Numbered from the stretch's first letter, positions 35,074 through 45,867 are shown. The stretch is DNA of 64,000 bases from Patescibacteria group bacterium (GCA_041749335.1 JBGTBM010000010.1:68533-132532); one strand, 5' to 3'. Made by a program: numbers and translations. Notes: generated by a model from the sequence alone, not told the origin.

Positions 35074-36105
35074 TTATTTAATAAGTTTAATGCCAGTATA
35101 AATAATTGAATCTTCTGAAGCTTGCGCGTTAATATTGGCGATACTTCCAGTCGTGAATTGCTTAACAGACCAATTAATTCCGCCGTCTTCCGAAACATAT
35201 AAATTTGAGCCAAATCCAAAGTAAATAATATTGGGATTAATCTGATCTAGTGCAATATGTGAATAAATTCGATTTTCCGGCTTAGCTAAAAGATTTACTT
35301 CTTGCCATTTTTTTCCACCATCTTCTGACACCAATAATCCAAAATCTGAGCTGATATATACGATATTGGCAAACTTGGGATGGATCGCCATATCGTGAAA
35401 TTCTCTGAAATCATAGTTTTTAAATCCTTTGCTTATATCTACAAATGTTTTTCCTGCGTCCGAACTTTTAAATAATTCTTTCAAAGTAAACAAATATATC
35501 ACTCTGCTGTCTTGCGGATTTATCAAAACCTTATTTACCGGATCTTCAAACTTTTTTACCGCAACCCAGCTGCGGCCGCTATCTTTACTCTTTATCAATG
35601 CACCGCTAGTGGTAGCAGCATATATTACCCTAGGATCATACCAATCTATCTCAATGCTATACACAGGAGTATCATTTTTGATTTCAGAAAATACCTCCTC
35701 CCAATTATTTCCAGCATCTGAACTTTTATAAATTTTACCGATTGTATTATAACTGCCTGCCGCATATATCAAGGCATTATCTTCCGGATTTATTGCTATT
35801 GAGTTAATGTTTCCAAAATTAAGGGCGGTTCCCGTCCAAACATTGCCTCCATCCGCACTGCGATAAACACCGAAGTCATCAGTCCCGGCTAAAATCAAGT
35901 TATTGTCTGTCTTGTCCACCTCTATTTCATTAACACTGACTTTTGCTATATCGTTTTTGTTATCAATTTTCACCTTTTGTTCCCAAGTATCACCACCGTC
36001 ATTAGATTTATAAACTCCTCCATCAGATGGTTTTTTATTCCCACAGGAAAATCCCAAGAAGGGAAAAGTTAGCATTATCAAAAATATTATTATTTTTTTA
36101 TTCAT
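35074..36105 (-). CDS. BNR/Asp-box-repeat beta-propeller lipoprotein (hypothetical).
   Basis: Lipobox LGFSC, then at least 7 Sx(D/N)xGxxW Asp-box repeats (YKSNDGGDTW, YRSADGGNVW, YKSSDAGNNW, ...). Confidence 0.65.
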   Translation of the reverse strand: MNKKIIIFLIMLTFPFLGFSCGNKKPSDGGVYKSNDGGDTWEQKVKIDNKNDIAKVSVNEIEVDKTDNNLILAGTDDFGVYRSADGGNVWTGTALNFGNINSIAINPEDNALIYAAGSYNTIGKIYKSSDAGNNWEEVFSEIKNDTPVYSIEIDWYDPRVIYAATTSGALIKSKDSGRSWVAVKKFEDPVNKVLINPQDSRVIYLFTLKELFKSSDAGKTFVDISKGFKNYDFREFHDMAIHPKFANIVYISSDFGLLVSEDGGKKWQEVNLLAKPENRIYSHIALDQINPNIIYFGFGSNLYVSEDGGINWSVKQFTTGSIANINAQASEDSIIYTGIKLIK

Positions 36106-37090
36106 GCTTTAATTTTAACATAATATTTTCTAAAACCAGCTTGCGATTAACATTATTTTTAATTGATTCTTTGGCTTTAATGATATTGCTGATCAAGCCA
36201 GCTATCTTATTTAAAGATATTCTGTTTGAATATTTTTTATAATCATTGACTAAATTAGATGCCGAAACAACATTATCCATATTGCCGATTTTGTATAAAT
36301 ATAAATCTCTTAACCATTGTATCAGAATATCCAATTTATCAATTTTATAATTCTCATGATGAGCCCATTCTCCCATACGGGAAAATGATTTATTTAAATT
36401 TGAATCCAGTAATATTTTAATGTCATTTTCTGTTTCCATTATCTCTTCTAAAATATCAGAATCATTCAACATTCTCAAGGCTAATCCCGGCTTGCCAGAG
36501 GCCATTCGGACAATATTATTGACGCTTGTTGAATTAGAAGCCTTGTCTTTCAACCAATTGTAAATATTCTTTTCCGGAACTAGAGAGAAACGATAAAGAG
36601 CGCAGCGCGATATAATAGTCGGCAAAATATTTTCCAGGCTGTCCGCCACCAGAACAAATACCGTTTTACCTTTTGGTTCTTCTAAAAGTTTTAAAATTGC
36701 GTTACCCGCTTCGATGGTAAATTTATCAACTCCGTTAATTAAACAAAATTTATAACCGCCGTACGATTTCAATGATATTTTGTGCTGCAATGACCGAATA
36801 GAGTCAATCTTTATTTTTTCTTTATCCTTATTAATATAAGTAAAATCTGAGTATGCAGTTTCGTCAATTTTTCGACAAATATCGCACTTAAGACATGGTT
36901 TTTCAGGATTTTCGCACATTAAAGTTTTGGCAAAATTAATCGCTGTTTCACTTTTACCAACTGATTCCGGACCAACAAATAAATATGCGTGGCAAATAAA
37001 TTTATTTTTTATATTATTCTGCAGCGCCACAATAATTTTTTCATGGCCGATTATTGGCCAAGATTTATATTTAATATTTTTCTTTGTCAT
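36098..37090 (-). CDS. holB: DNA polymerase III delta-prime subunit.
   Basis: AAA+ P-loop GPESVGKS and the zinc module CLKCDICRK, with a clamp-loader-like length. Confidence 0.75.
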   Translation of the reverse strand: MTKKNIKYKSWPIIGHEKIIVALQNNIKNKFICHAYLFVGPESVGKSETAINFAKTLMCENPEKPCLKCDICRKIDETAYSDFTYINKDKEKIKIDSIRSLQHKISLKSYGGYKFCLINGVDKFTIEAGNAILKLLEEPKGKTVFVLVADSLENILPTIISRCALYRFSLVPEKNIYNWLKDKASNSTSVNNIVRMASGKPGLALRMLNDSDILEEIMETENDIKILLDSNLNKSFSRMGEWAHHENYKIDKLDILIQWLRDLYLYKIGNMDNVVSASNLVNDYKKYSNRISLNKIAGLISNIIKAKESIKNNVNRKLVLENIMLKLKHE

Positions 37091-37217
37091 TATTAATAAT
37101 ATATCATAATCTTATGGAACAATCAAACATGCCAGATATTTTATTTTTTATTAAAAATAGACAATATTAATTAAAAAAAGGCTCAATATGTCTACTTTCA
37201 CTTAAACTATTTTTTTG

Positions 37218-38345
37218 TTATGATTTTAGCTTCTCAATCTCTTCCAGTGTTTCCCGAGCACATTTTTCCCAACTAAAATTTTTTACTCTTAATCTTCCCT
37301 GTTCAATTATTTTGTTCCGCTGATTATTATTTTTTACCATTTGTACCATTTTGTTTTTGATATCAGATATGTCTACAGGATTAAAATATAAGGCTGCATT
37401 TGCAGCCACTTCTGGTATAGATGCAGTTCTTGAAGTTAAAATTGGTGTATCGCAGCTCATCGCTTCCAATAATGGAATACCAAAACCCTCATAAAAACTA
37501 GGAAAAACAAAAGCAAAACTGGCATTAAATAAGTACGGCAAATCTTGCTCTGCCACCCAGCCGGTTTCAATAATATCTTTTTCAATATTATACTCCATAA
37601 TAAGCCTTTTTATTTCATCGTAATTATGTCCAGGAGTGCCGGCTAAAACTAACTTATGATTTAAATTGGGATTTTCTTTTTTAAATTTAGCAAAAGCTTT
37701 TATTAGGCCGGGGATATTTTTTTTCTCTTCTAGCCTTCCCACATAGAGAAAAAAGGGGTTCTGGCTATTAATATTGTATTTACCCAAAACTCTTCTTATT
37801 GTATTAATATCATTAATTGGCTTAAAAACTCCGCTATCAAAACCTAAATGAATTACTTTAATAATATCAGGATTGATCTGACAAAGTTCAACCATTTCCT
37901 TTTTACTGAATTCAGAAATTGTCAAAATCTTTTTAGCTTTTTTCAATGCCTGCCTTAAACCAAAGCGATGATATTTCAGTTCCTTTTGAGGATATATCTC
38001 CGGCCTGCGTAAAAAGCCAACATCCATAATGGTTGTAATTGTGTTGTTAGGAGCTACCAAAGGAATAATGTGAGCCGGTACAAATAATATGTCTGGCGGT
38101 TTTATGGCCATTTCCATAGACAATCTAATCATAGTCCAAAGATATTTCGGTGGCCAATTTAGCACCTTTTCCTCAAAATTATCAGGGAGATATTTAAGTT
38201 TATTTTTTAATTTATCCGGAGTATATAAAAAATATCGATTTTTTTGATCGATTTTTGCAAGTTCTAATAATAAATTATAGCTGTACCACTCAGTACCAGT
38301 TTTTGCTTGCTTATTGGCCCGAGAGGCATCAAAACCAATAGTCAT
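37218..38345 (-). CDS. Family-1 (GT-B) glycosyltransferase.
   Basis: C-terminal E(x7)E motif region EGFGIPLLEAMSCDTPILTS. Confidence 0.8.
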   Translation of the reverse strand: MTIGFDASRANKQAKTGTEWYSYNLLLELAKIDQKNRYFLYTPDKLKNKLKYLPDNFEEKVLNWPPKYLWTMIRLSMEMAIKPPDILFVPAHIIPLVAPNNTITTIMDVGFLRRPEIYPQKELKYHRFGLRQALKKAKKILTISEFSKKEMVELCQINPDIIKVIHLGFDSGVFKPINDINTIRRVLGKYNINSQNPFFLYVGRLEEKKNIPGLIKAFAKFKKENPNLNHKLVLAGTPGHNYDEIKRLIMEYNIEKDIIETGWVAEQDLPYLFNASFAFVFPSFYEGFGIPLLEAMSCDTPILTSRTASIPEVAANAALYFNPVDISDIKNKMVQMVKNNNQRNKIIEQGRLRVKNFSWEKCARETLEEIEKLKS

Positions 38346-38369
38346 AATATTATGTAAAAAGGGATGATT

Positions 38370-38636
38370 TCATCCCAAATTAATTTTTTCTTTACAAACA
38401 GAAATGAAAGAACACACAAGAGCTATATTTTCATCTCTATAATTTCTATCTGTTAAAACCGTTATAATATATATTGGCCAAAATAATGTTATTAGAAATA
38501 TACAAAATATTCCAATAAGAATATGTGGATAATTACTTCTCAGCCCAATTATATGTTTACGATATATAAGTAAGAACAAAGCGACTAAAGAAACAGCGAA
38601 TCCAATAGTAAAATACATTATTATAGTTGCTGTCAT
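38370..38636 (-). CDS. Small membrane protein (hypothetical).
   Basis: 88 aa with 2-3 TM helices. Confidence 0.4.
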   Translation of the reverse strand: MTATIIMYFTIGFAVSLVALFLLIYRKHIIGLRSNYPHILIGIFCIFLITLFWPIYIITVLTDRNYRDENIALVCSFISVCKEKINLG

Positions 38637-38696
38637 TTAATCCTCCTGTTTATATTATGATATCAATACAATTTAAAAGAACCAATAAAGGTAATC

Positions 38697-39707
38697 TTAT
38701 TTTTTAGTCGACAAGATACTTCTCTTGTAAGAATCCAAATTTTCCAAAGCCGTACCCGTTCCTTTAACAACGCACAACAGAGGATCGTCAGCCACATAGC
38801 ATGGTACTCCGGTAACCTTTGTTATTAATTCGCTTAAATTGCGTAATAGCGCGCCTCCGCCGGTTAAAACCATGCCCTTGTCAATTACATCAGCAGAAAG
38901 CTCGGGTGGAGTTTCTTGCAAAACTAATTTTACTGTTTGAATAATCTCCCGCAATTGATCTTGGATTGCTTCCGATATTTCATTAGTACATATTTTAATA
39001 GTTTTGGGCAGTCCCGAAATCATATCTCGCCCTTTAATTTCCATACATCTTTCTTTTTTGATAGGGATCGCGGCTCCAATCTTAATCTTAATATCCTCTG
39101 CTGTTCTATCTCCCACTGCCAAATTATGTTTTTTTCTAATATAATCTGCAATTGCCTGATCTAACTTATTGCCCGCGACTCGCGCCGAATTAGCTGCCAC
39201 GATTCCTCCTAATGAAATTACTGCTACTTCAGTGGTTCCCCCGCCAATATCAATTACCATATTACCGCTTGATTGAGCAATGGGAATACCAGCCCCAATA
39301 GCTGCCGCCACCGGTTCTTTAATTACGTAAGCCGCCTTAGCTCCCGCTTGCAATGTAGCATCGATAACCGCTCTTCTTTCCGTACTAGTAATCCCGGCAG
39401 GAATAGATACCATCACTTCCGGCCGAAATATCCTCACATTGCCGATCGCTTTGGTAATAAAATATTTTAACATCGCTTCAGTCACGCGATAATCAGCAAT
39501 TACTCCGTCTTTAAGCGGACGTGAAGCAACAATAGAATCAGGAGTTCTGCCTAGCATTTTTTTTGCTTCATTGCCAACCGCAAGAATTGAATTATCGTCA
39601 AGAGAAATCGCCACTACCGATGGTTCATCAATTACAATTCCTCGATTGGGAACATAAACTACCGTATTAGCCGTACCCAAATCAATTCCAACTTTTTTTA
39701 CAAACAT
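38697..39707 (-). CDS. mreB: Actin-like MreB paralog (copy 2).
   Basis: DLGTANTVVYV, DIGGGTTEVAV, and about 55 % identity to copy 1. Confidence 0.85.
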   Translation of the reverse strand: MFVKKVGIDLGTANTVVYVPNRGIVIDEPSVVAISLDDNSILAVGNEAKKMLGRTPDSIVASRPLKDGVIADYRVTEAMLKYFITKAIGNVRIFRPEVMVSIPAGITSTERRAVIDATLQAGAKAAYVIKEPVAAAIGAGIPIAQSSGNMVIDIGGGTTEVAVISLGGIVAANSARVAGNKLDQAIADYIRKKHNLAVGDRTAEDIKIKIGAAIPIKKERCMEIKGRDMISGLPKTIKICTNEISEAIQDQLREIIQTVKLVLQETPPELSADVIDKGMVLTGGGALLRNLSELITKVTGVPCYVADDPLLCVVKGTGTALENLDSYKRSILSTKK

Positions 39708-39725
39708 AATTTTAATTTATCGCTT

Positions 39726-40985
39726 TTAATCTTTTACTCTTTTAATAGCCGCTCCCAATCTTGTTAATCTTTTTTCGATTTTTTCATAGCCTCTGTCAAT
39801 CTGGTAGATATTTTCTATTTCGCTTTTTCCTTCAGCAATCATGGCCGCCATTACTAAACTGATTCCTGCTCTTAAATCCGGACTCTCCATTTTTGTTCCA
39901 TATAGCCTGGATGGTCCATTTACCACCACTCTATGCGGATCGCACATTATAATGTTGGCGCCCATTTTATTTAACATATCCGTATAGAACAATCTACCTT
40001 CATAAATCGTTTCATGAATTAAACTTAATCCCTTGGCCTGAGTCATTAAGATCGTAAACGGAGCCTGCAAATCTGTAACAAAACCAGGATATTCATGCGT
40101 CCGAGCCTCTACCGCTTTAATATTCCTTGATGGATAAATATACACATAATTTTTACCGCGGTCAAATTTTACTCCCGCTCTTTGTAACATTTTCCAAAAT
40201 ACTTCAAGATGGCTTGGATTACAATTATTTAACTTTATTCCATCCCCAATCAAAGCAGCTAAAATTGCGAAAGTACCGGTCTCAATTCTATCAGGAATCA
40301 CTCTGGCGCTGGCTCCGGATAATTTCTTTACTCCATTTATTATAACGTGATGAGTGCCATCGCCCTTGATATCTGCACCGCATCTTCTTAAAAAATCACA
40401 TAAAGCCACCACTTCCGGCTCACAGGCTGCATTTATTAACTCTGTTTTACCAATAGCCATAACCGCTAAAAGGATCATGCTTTCAGTTACGGTATGAGAT
40501 ATCCAAGGAAAAACATATTTACATCCGGATAATTTTTTAGCTTTGATGTGATAATAATTTTCTTTTTCAATCACTTGCGCCCCCATACATTTATATCCTT
40601 CAATATACATATCAATCGGCCTTTTTCCAATAATGCAACCACCAGGATGAGGAAATTTGACTTCACCTAATTTTACCAACATTGGCGCTATCATCATAAT
40701 TGAAGCTCGCAATTTTGCTACTTTATTCCGCTCAAGTTCAATTTTATTGACATTATCACACTTAATAATATAGCTTCCTCGTTTTACTCTTTTAACTTTT
40801 GCGCCAATATCTTTTAATATTTCCAGCAATATTTCAACATCTTTTATCTCTGGAACATTGTCAAACCGACATTCTTCATTAGTAAGCAGCGCAGCTGGCA
40901 ATAACTTTAAAGCTGAATTCTTTGCGCCGGCAATGTTTATTTCTCCCTTTAGTAATTTTTTACCTTCAATGATAAATTTTTCCAT
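39726..40985 (-). CDS. murA: UDP-N-acetylglucosamine 1-carboxyvinyltransferase.
   Basis: EPSP-synthase-like fold with the MurA N-terminus (KNSALKLLPAALL) and an active-site Cys region. Confidence 0.9.
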   Translation of the reverse strand: MEKFIIEGKKLLKGEINIAGAKNSALKLLPAALLTNEECRFDNVPEIKDVEILLEILKDIGAKVKRVKRGSYIIKCDNVNKIELERNKVAKLRASIMMIAPMLVKLGEVKFPHPGGCIIGKRPIDMYIEGYKCMGAQVIEKENYYHIKAKKLSGCKYVFPWISHTVTESMILLAVMAIGKTELINAACEPEVVALCDFLRRCGADIKGDGTHHVIINGVKKLSGASARVIPDRIETGTFAILAALIGDGIKLNNCNPSHLEVFWKMLQRAGVKFDRGKNYVYIYPSRNIKAVEARTHEYPGFVTDLQAPFTILMTQAKGLSLIHETIYEGRLFYTDMLNKMGANIIMCDPHRVVVNGPSRLYGTKMESPDLRAGISLVMAAMIAEGKSEIENIYQIDRGYEKIEKRLTRLGAAIKRVKD

Positions 40986-41076
40986 TTTTTCTATATTTTT
41001 ATTATTTGCTATAATTACTTTACTGATTTATTATAGCTAATTATAGTATATTTATTAATAAATACAATTTAAATTT

Positions 41077-42516
41077 ATGAAGCTTTGGAAAAGAAGAGTT
41101 ATACTTTTTTTATCAATTATTCTATTTTTAGTATTATCTCCGACGATAATTTTATATTCGAGCGGATATCGGCTTGATTTTGATAATTTTACTATTAAAA
41201 AAGTAGGTATGATTATCATTGAATCAAAACCCAAGGATGTCGATGTAATTGTAAATAACAGGTTGAGTGCAAAAAAAACACCTTACAAAATGTCGAATTT
41301 AACTCCGAAAAATTATTCTATTAAGCTAGAAAAAGGCGGTTATCATGCTTGGGGCAAAAATCTTCCAGTGGAGTCTCAATCAGTCACTTGGATTTCAAAT
41401 GTTTTATTGTTTTTGAGTGAGCCAATTAAAGATATTTACTCCCATGAAGATAATATTATCGAATCACAGATATCCCCTGATCAAAAATATTATGCTTATA
41501 TTATCGTAAATGAAGATAATAATTATATTCTAAGACTGCTTGATTTAAAAACGCGAGAAAATATTAATATCTTCCTTTTGGATTATTTTATTAATAATAA
41601 CTTAGTTGATTTTATTCCGGAATCGATTTCCAATATTCTTTGGTCGCATGACAGTAAAAATATTATTATTACATTGTCAGGCCAAAATAATAGAAAATAT
41701 ATGATTGTAGATATTAATAATATCAACAAGTCGTATCTGCTGGAAAAAGATAATTTATCTAAGATAACCTGGGACAATAATGATTCTAAATTTATTTATT
41801 ATTTAAAAAATAATAATCTGGAAAAATTAAACATTACAAACCAAACCATTAATAACATTATTGCCCAAAATGTCGACCAATATGATTTAGTCGCAAATTC
41901 CATTTTATATACCAAGACCATAAAAAATAAAAATGAAATTATTTCCAGTATTTATAAAATTAATAAAAACAGCTCGGAGGAAATTGAAGATAAACTAAAA
42001 AACATTGGTATTATAAATGAAGAGATTGATAAAATAAAAGCTCAAAAAGAAGACAGTTATTTATTGTTAACAAATACCCATAATCTTTATTTATCATTAA
42101 ACGAGAATATCCTAAAAATTGGCAGTGATATTATTGGTTTTAAGTGGTCAAGTAACAAACATTTTTTATTCTATAATGATACAAATATTTGGCATTATAA
42201 AATTGAAGGCGATAAAAACACCTATCATCCGCAATATTTGTTAAATGAACCGGTGTTAGCCCTAGAATCATTAAATAAAATTGACCTCGTGGATTGGCAC
42301 CCCGACAATGAACATATTCTTTATAGCAGCGAGGGCTCAATTAATATATTGGAACTAGATAGGCGCGATGTTATTAATAATTATCAAATACTCAATAATA
42401 TTATTAATATTTCCGATAATAATGTGGCTTTTAATGATGAAGGCGACAAGTTATTTCATATGGAACTGATCGATAATAAACATTGCTTAGTTGAAGCAAC
42501 CCTATATCATAAATAA
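41077..42516 (+). CDS. PEGA-domain / beta-propeller-like extracytoplasmic protein, N-terminally anchored (hypothetical).
   Basis: TM helix, a PEGA-like segment (KPKDVDVIVNNRL...GGYHAWGKN), then a long Asn-rich repeat region. Confidence 0.5.
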   Translation: MKLWKRRVILFLSIILFLVLSPTIILYSSGYRLDFDNFTIKKVGMIIIESKPKDVDVIVNNRLSAKKTPYKMSNLTPKNYSIKLEKGGYHAWGKNLPVESQSVTWISNVLLFLSEPIKDIYSHEDNIIESQISPDQKYYAYIIVNEDNNYILRLLDLKTRENINIFLLDYFINNNLVDFIPESISNILWSHDSKNIIITLSGQNNRKYMIVDINNINKSYLLEKDNLSKITWDNNDSKFIYYLKNNNLEKLNITNQTINNIIAQNVDQYDLVANSILYTKTIKNKNEIISSIYKINKNSSEEIEDKLKNIGIINEEIDKIKAQKEDSYLLLTNTHNLYLSLNENILKIGSDIIGFKWSSNKHFLFYNDTNIWHYKIEGDKNTYHPQYLLNEPVLALESLNKIDLVDWHPDNEHILYSSEGSINILELDRRDVINNYQILNNIINISDNNVAFNDEGDKLFHMELIDNKHCLVEATLYHK

Positions 42517-42559
42517 AAAAACACCCTTTTAATAAAGAGTGTTTCATAAAAATTAATCT

Positions 42560-43018
42560 TTATCTCTTTTGCCACTGCGGAGCACGCCTTGCGCCTTTTA
42601 ATCCATATTTCTTTCTTTCCTTCATTCTTGGATCTCTTCTCAAAAAACCAGCCTTTTTTAAACTTGATCGCAATGATTCATCACTTTTTTCTAATGCTCT
42701 GGTTATTCCATGCCTTACTGCTTCAGCCTGCCCTTTTATGCCGCCGCCTCTTGTTTTTACAATTATATCAAATTTGCTAGTTTGTCCTACTAGGGTAATC
42801 GGCTGCCTTACTATATATTGAAGCTCATCGGTAGGAAAATGTTTTTTATAATCTTTTCCATTAATTTCAATTCGGCCGCTTCCATTCTGATATAATCTTA
42901 CTTTCGCGATCGCGGTTTTTCTTCGACCAGTAGCATAAATATACTTACCATCTTGATTAATGGATTTAAGATCTTTTTTTACTATTTTTTCTTTATCCTT
43001 GTTTTTTTGTTCTATCAT
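42560..43018 (-). CDS. rpsI: 30S ribosomal protein S9.
   Basis: GRRKTAIAKV and a C-terminal ...RRAPQWQKR motif. Confidence 0.9.
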   Translation of the reverse strand: MIEQKNKDKEKIVKKDLKSINQDGKYIYATGRRKTAIAKVRLYQNGSGRIEINGKDYKKHFPTDELQYIVRQPITLVGQTSKFDIIVKTRGGGIKGQAEAVRHGITRALEKSDESLRSSLKKAGFLRRDPRMKERKKYGLKGARRAPQWQKR

Positions 43019-43027
43019 TATTGCTAA

Positions 43028-43453
43028 TTAACTTCTAAGCTGGGCTTCATGCGGATGTTCCGGGCCGATATAGATTTTTAATCTTTTTAATTTATCATTC
43101 CTTAATCTATTTGAAGCCAACATTCCTTTTACTGCCAACATAATAATTTTAGTTGGATCATCGCCGCTAACAACTTTAAAACTTTTAGTTTTTAATCCGC
43201 CTGGATATCCGGAATAATGATGATAATATTTTTTTTCAATCTTATTCCCTGATATCTTAATTTTCTCGGAATTGATTACCACTACATAATCTCCCATATC
43301 TACATGGGGAGTATAATTAATTTTTCCCTTTCCATTCAATATTTGAGCGGCTTGAGTAGCCAATCTTCCCAAATTAAATTCCTTTGCATCTAAAATATGC
43401 CATTTTCTTTTAATATCTTCTTTTCTTGCAGATTTTGTAACTTTATTATTCAT
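43028..43453 (-). CDS. rplM: 50S ribosomal protein L13.
   Basis: KWHILDAKEFNLGRLATQAAQIL. Confidence 0.9.
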   Translation of the reverse strand: MNNKVTKSARKEDIKRKWHILDAKEFNLGRLATQAAQILNGKGKINYTPHVDMGDYVVVINSEKIKISGNKIEKKYYHHYSGYPGGLKTKSFKVVSGDDPTKIIMLAVKGMLASNRLRNDKLKRLKIYIGPEHPHEAQLRS

Positions 43454-43464
43454 AAAATAATCTT

Positions 43465-43815
43465 TTAGATTAACTCGATTTTTATCATTTTGGCGTTGTC
43501 GCCTTTACGCAAACCAAGTTTATAATCCCTGATATATCCACCCGGTCTTTCCTTATATTTCTTGCTAATTTCATTAATTAGTTTTTTTTCAGCTTCTTTG
43601 TGGTTAAGTAAGGAATTAATTTTCCTTTGGCTTTGTAAATTTTTCTCTTTGCTGAACGTAATAAGCTTCTCGGCAAAAGGAATAACTATTTTTGCCCTTT
43701 TAGCCGTTGTTGTTATCTTGCCATTAATAAATAGAGAGGCTGCCAAATTCCGACGAAGCGCCAGGTCATGTCCCGATTTTTTTCCAATCTTGTTTTTTAA
43801 TATTTTATGCCTCAT
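43465..43815 (-). CDS. rplQ: 50S ribosomal protein L17.
   Basis: MRHKILKNKIGKKSGHDLALRRNLAASL. Confidence 0.9.
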   Translation of the reverse strand: MRHKILKNKIGKKSGHDLALRRNLAASLFINGKITTTAKRAKIVIPFAEKLITFSKEKNLQSQRKINSLLNHKEAEKKLINEISKKYKERPGGYIRDYKLGLRKGDNAKMIKIELI

Positions 43816-43818
43816 GGT

Positions 43819-44769
43819 TTAATCTTTCAGTTCTAAATTTAATTTTTTTAACGCTTTTTCAATCTCATTTAAAGCTGTTTGCCCTAATCCCTCTAATGAT
43901 AGAAGTTCCTTTTTTGCTTTTTTAGTAAGATCTTCCACTGTTCGAATTTTTGCTTTACTTAAAGCGTTAAAAGTCCTGGTAGAGAAATTTAATTCTTGTA
44001 TAGGAGTGCCTTCTCCCTCTTTCTTATCTTCCTCTTTTAACACCTTTTCCTTCTTTTCCTCCTCTTCGGTCTTTTTCATAACTTCCAAAGGTTTTGACAA
44101 TAGCAAGAACTGATCAACTAAAATCTGAGCGGATTGCTGAAATGCCTCAATCGGAGATATAATTCCATCGGTTTTAATATTCATAATTAATTTATCAAAA
44201 TCGGTTCTTTTCCCAACGCGAATATTTTCAACCTTATATCCAACATTTAATACAGGTGCAAAAATAGAATCAACTACCATTGTACCAATTTCCATATCTT
44301 TGGAATTTTTTTGTTCAGTTGTTTGATAACCTCGACCTTTTTCTAGCGTAACTTCCATTTCTAATACTGCATTATTGCTAGTAGCTGTCGCTATTAATAA
44401 ATCGCTGTTTACTATTTCAACGTCAGATGATTTTTTAAAATCAGCGGCCGTAATATTCCTTTTCCCTTTGCTACTTATCTTTAATTTTACCGGCTCATCA
44501 GAAAATAGTTTAACTCGCAATGATTTTAAATTCATGATTATCTCAACCACATCTTCTTTTATATCTTTGATATTTGAAAATTCGTGATCGACGCCTTTAA
44601 TTTTTACGGCAGTTACTGCTGCCCCCGAAAGAGAAGATATTAATACCCTTCGCAAGGCATTACCAAGGGTTGTGCCATATCCAGGATAGCAAGGTTCTAT
44701 AATAATATTAGATTCATTATCGCTAATTTCTTCTAACTTTATTTTTGATGGTAGGGTTATTTCCTCCAT
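43819..44769 (-). CDS. rpoA: DNA-directed RNA polymerase alpha subunit.
   Basis: N-terminal dimerisation domain and a C-terminal helix-hairpin-helix domain, in the usual r-protein operon position. Confidence 0.9.
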   Translation of the reverse strand: MEEITLPSKIKLEEISDNESNIIIEPCYPGYGTTLGNALRRVLISSLSGAAVTAVKIKGVDHEFSNIKDIKEDVVEIIMNLKSLRVKLFSDEPVKLKISSKGKRNITAADFKKSSDVEIVNSDLLIATATSNNAVLEMEVTLEKGRGYQTTEQKNSKDMEIGTMVVDSIFAPVLNVGYKVENIRVGKRTDFDKLIMNIKTDGIISPIEAFQQSAQILVDQFLLLSKPLEVMKKTEEEEKKEKVLKEEDKKEGEGTPIQELNFSTRTFNALSKAKIRTVEDLTKKAKKELLSLEGLGQTALNEIEKALKKLNLELKD

Positions 44770-44788
44770 ATTATTTCTCCTAAATTAT

Positions 44789-45418
44789 TTATCTTGAATA
44801 ATACTCTACAATTAAATTTGTATCAATTTTATAACCAATATCATCCTTGCTGGGCATTTTAATTACCTTGCCGGTTAAATTTTTTATATCTAATTCAAGC
44901 CATTTCGGAATCTCTTCTTTGTCTATACCTTTTGAAATATTCTCAAAACCTCTTTTTTTCAATGACTTAGAATTAAATTTTATCACATCGTTCAATTTAA
45001 TCAAAAATGATGGAATATCAACCCTTCTGCCATTTACAAGTATATGCCCATGGATAATCATTTCTCTTGCCTGGCTTCGTGATTTAGCAAGGGCTAAACG
45101 ATAAACCACATTATCCAGCCTTGATTCCAACAGTTCGATCAACCCCTCGCCTGTCTTTGTTCTTTTTCTATTTGCCTTCAAATAATAATTTTTTAATTGT
45201 TTTTCCAAAATATTATATATCCTTTTAGCTTTCTGTTTTTCTCGCAATTGAATACCATATTGAGATAATCTGGTATTGTTCAAAGGACCAAAATTTCCCG
45301 GAGGATAATTTCGCTTAACAACTGAACATTTTGGAGTTAAACATCTCTCGCCCTTAAGAAATAACTTCTCTCCTTCTCTTCTGCATTTTTTACATTTTGG
45401 ATCTAAATCTTTTGCCAT
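44789..45418 (-). CDS. rpsD: 30S ribosomal protein S4.
   Basis: Zinc-ribbon N-terminus CKKCRREGEKLFLKGERCLTPKC and an S4 domain. Confidence 0.9.
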   Translation of the reverse strand: MAKDLDPKCKKCRREGEKLFLKGERCLTPKCSVVKRNYPPGNFGPLNNTRLSQYGIQLREKQKAKRIYNILEKQLKNYYLKANRKRTKTGEGLIELLESRLDNVVYRLALAKSRSQAREMIIHGHILVNGRRVDIPSFLIKLNDVIKFNSKSLKKRGFENISKGIDKEEIPKWLELDIKNLTGKVIKMPSKDDIGYKIDTNLIVEYYSR

Positions 45419-45426
45419 AATATTAT

Positions 45427-45867
45427 TTATACTCTTCTGATTTTTTTAGGCCTACACCCATTATGTGGAACGGGAGTAAGATCTTTTATAGAATTAACTT
45501 CTAAGCCATATATATTTAAAGCCCTAATCGCTGACTCACGCCCTCCGCCGATACCCTTAACATAAACATCGACTTGAGAAATTCCGGTATTTTTTACTTT
45601 ATCTATAGCCGACTTAACGATTTGCATTGCAGCATAAGGAGTCGCTTTTTTAGCACCCTTAAATCCTTGTGGTCCGGCACTCTCCCATGCAATAACATTG
45701 CCTTGTAAATCGGTTATTGTCACAATGGTATTATTATAGGTTGATTGAATATAAGCTCGGCCTCTAGTAATTTTTCTTACTACTTTTTTCTTTTTCGAAT
45801 AATTTTTTTTGATGCCAGATTCCTTTTTCTCGGTTGGCTTATCTTTCTTTGTCTTATTTTCTATCAT
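45427..45867 (-). CDS. rpsK: 30S ribosomal protein S11.
   Basis: S11 core with a Lys-rich N-terminal extension. Confidence 0.9.
   Translation of the reverse strand: MIENKTKKDKPTEKKESGIKKNYSKKKKVVRKITRGRAYIQSTYNNTIVTITDLQGNVIAWESAGPQGFKGAKKATPYAAMQIVKSAIDKVKNTGISQVDVYVKGIGGGRESAIRALNIYGLEVNSIKDLTPVPHNGCRPKKIRRV

Noticed and set aside
36927-37109. Short plus-strand ORFs overlapping the holB, alaS and ribosomal-protein genes (e.g. 36927-37109, 50195-50377, 43562-43822)
   Set aside because: All are antisense or out of frame within strongly supported longer genes and encode low-complexity peptides.
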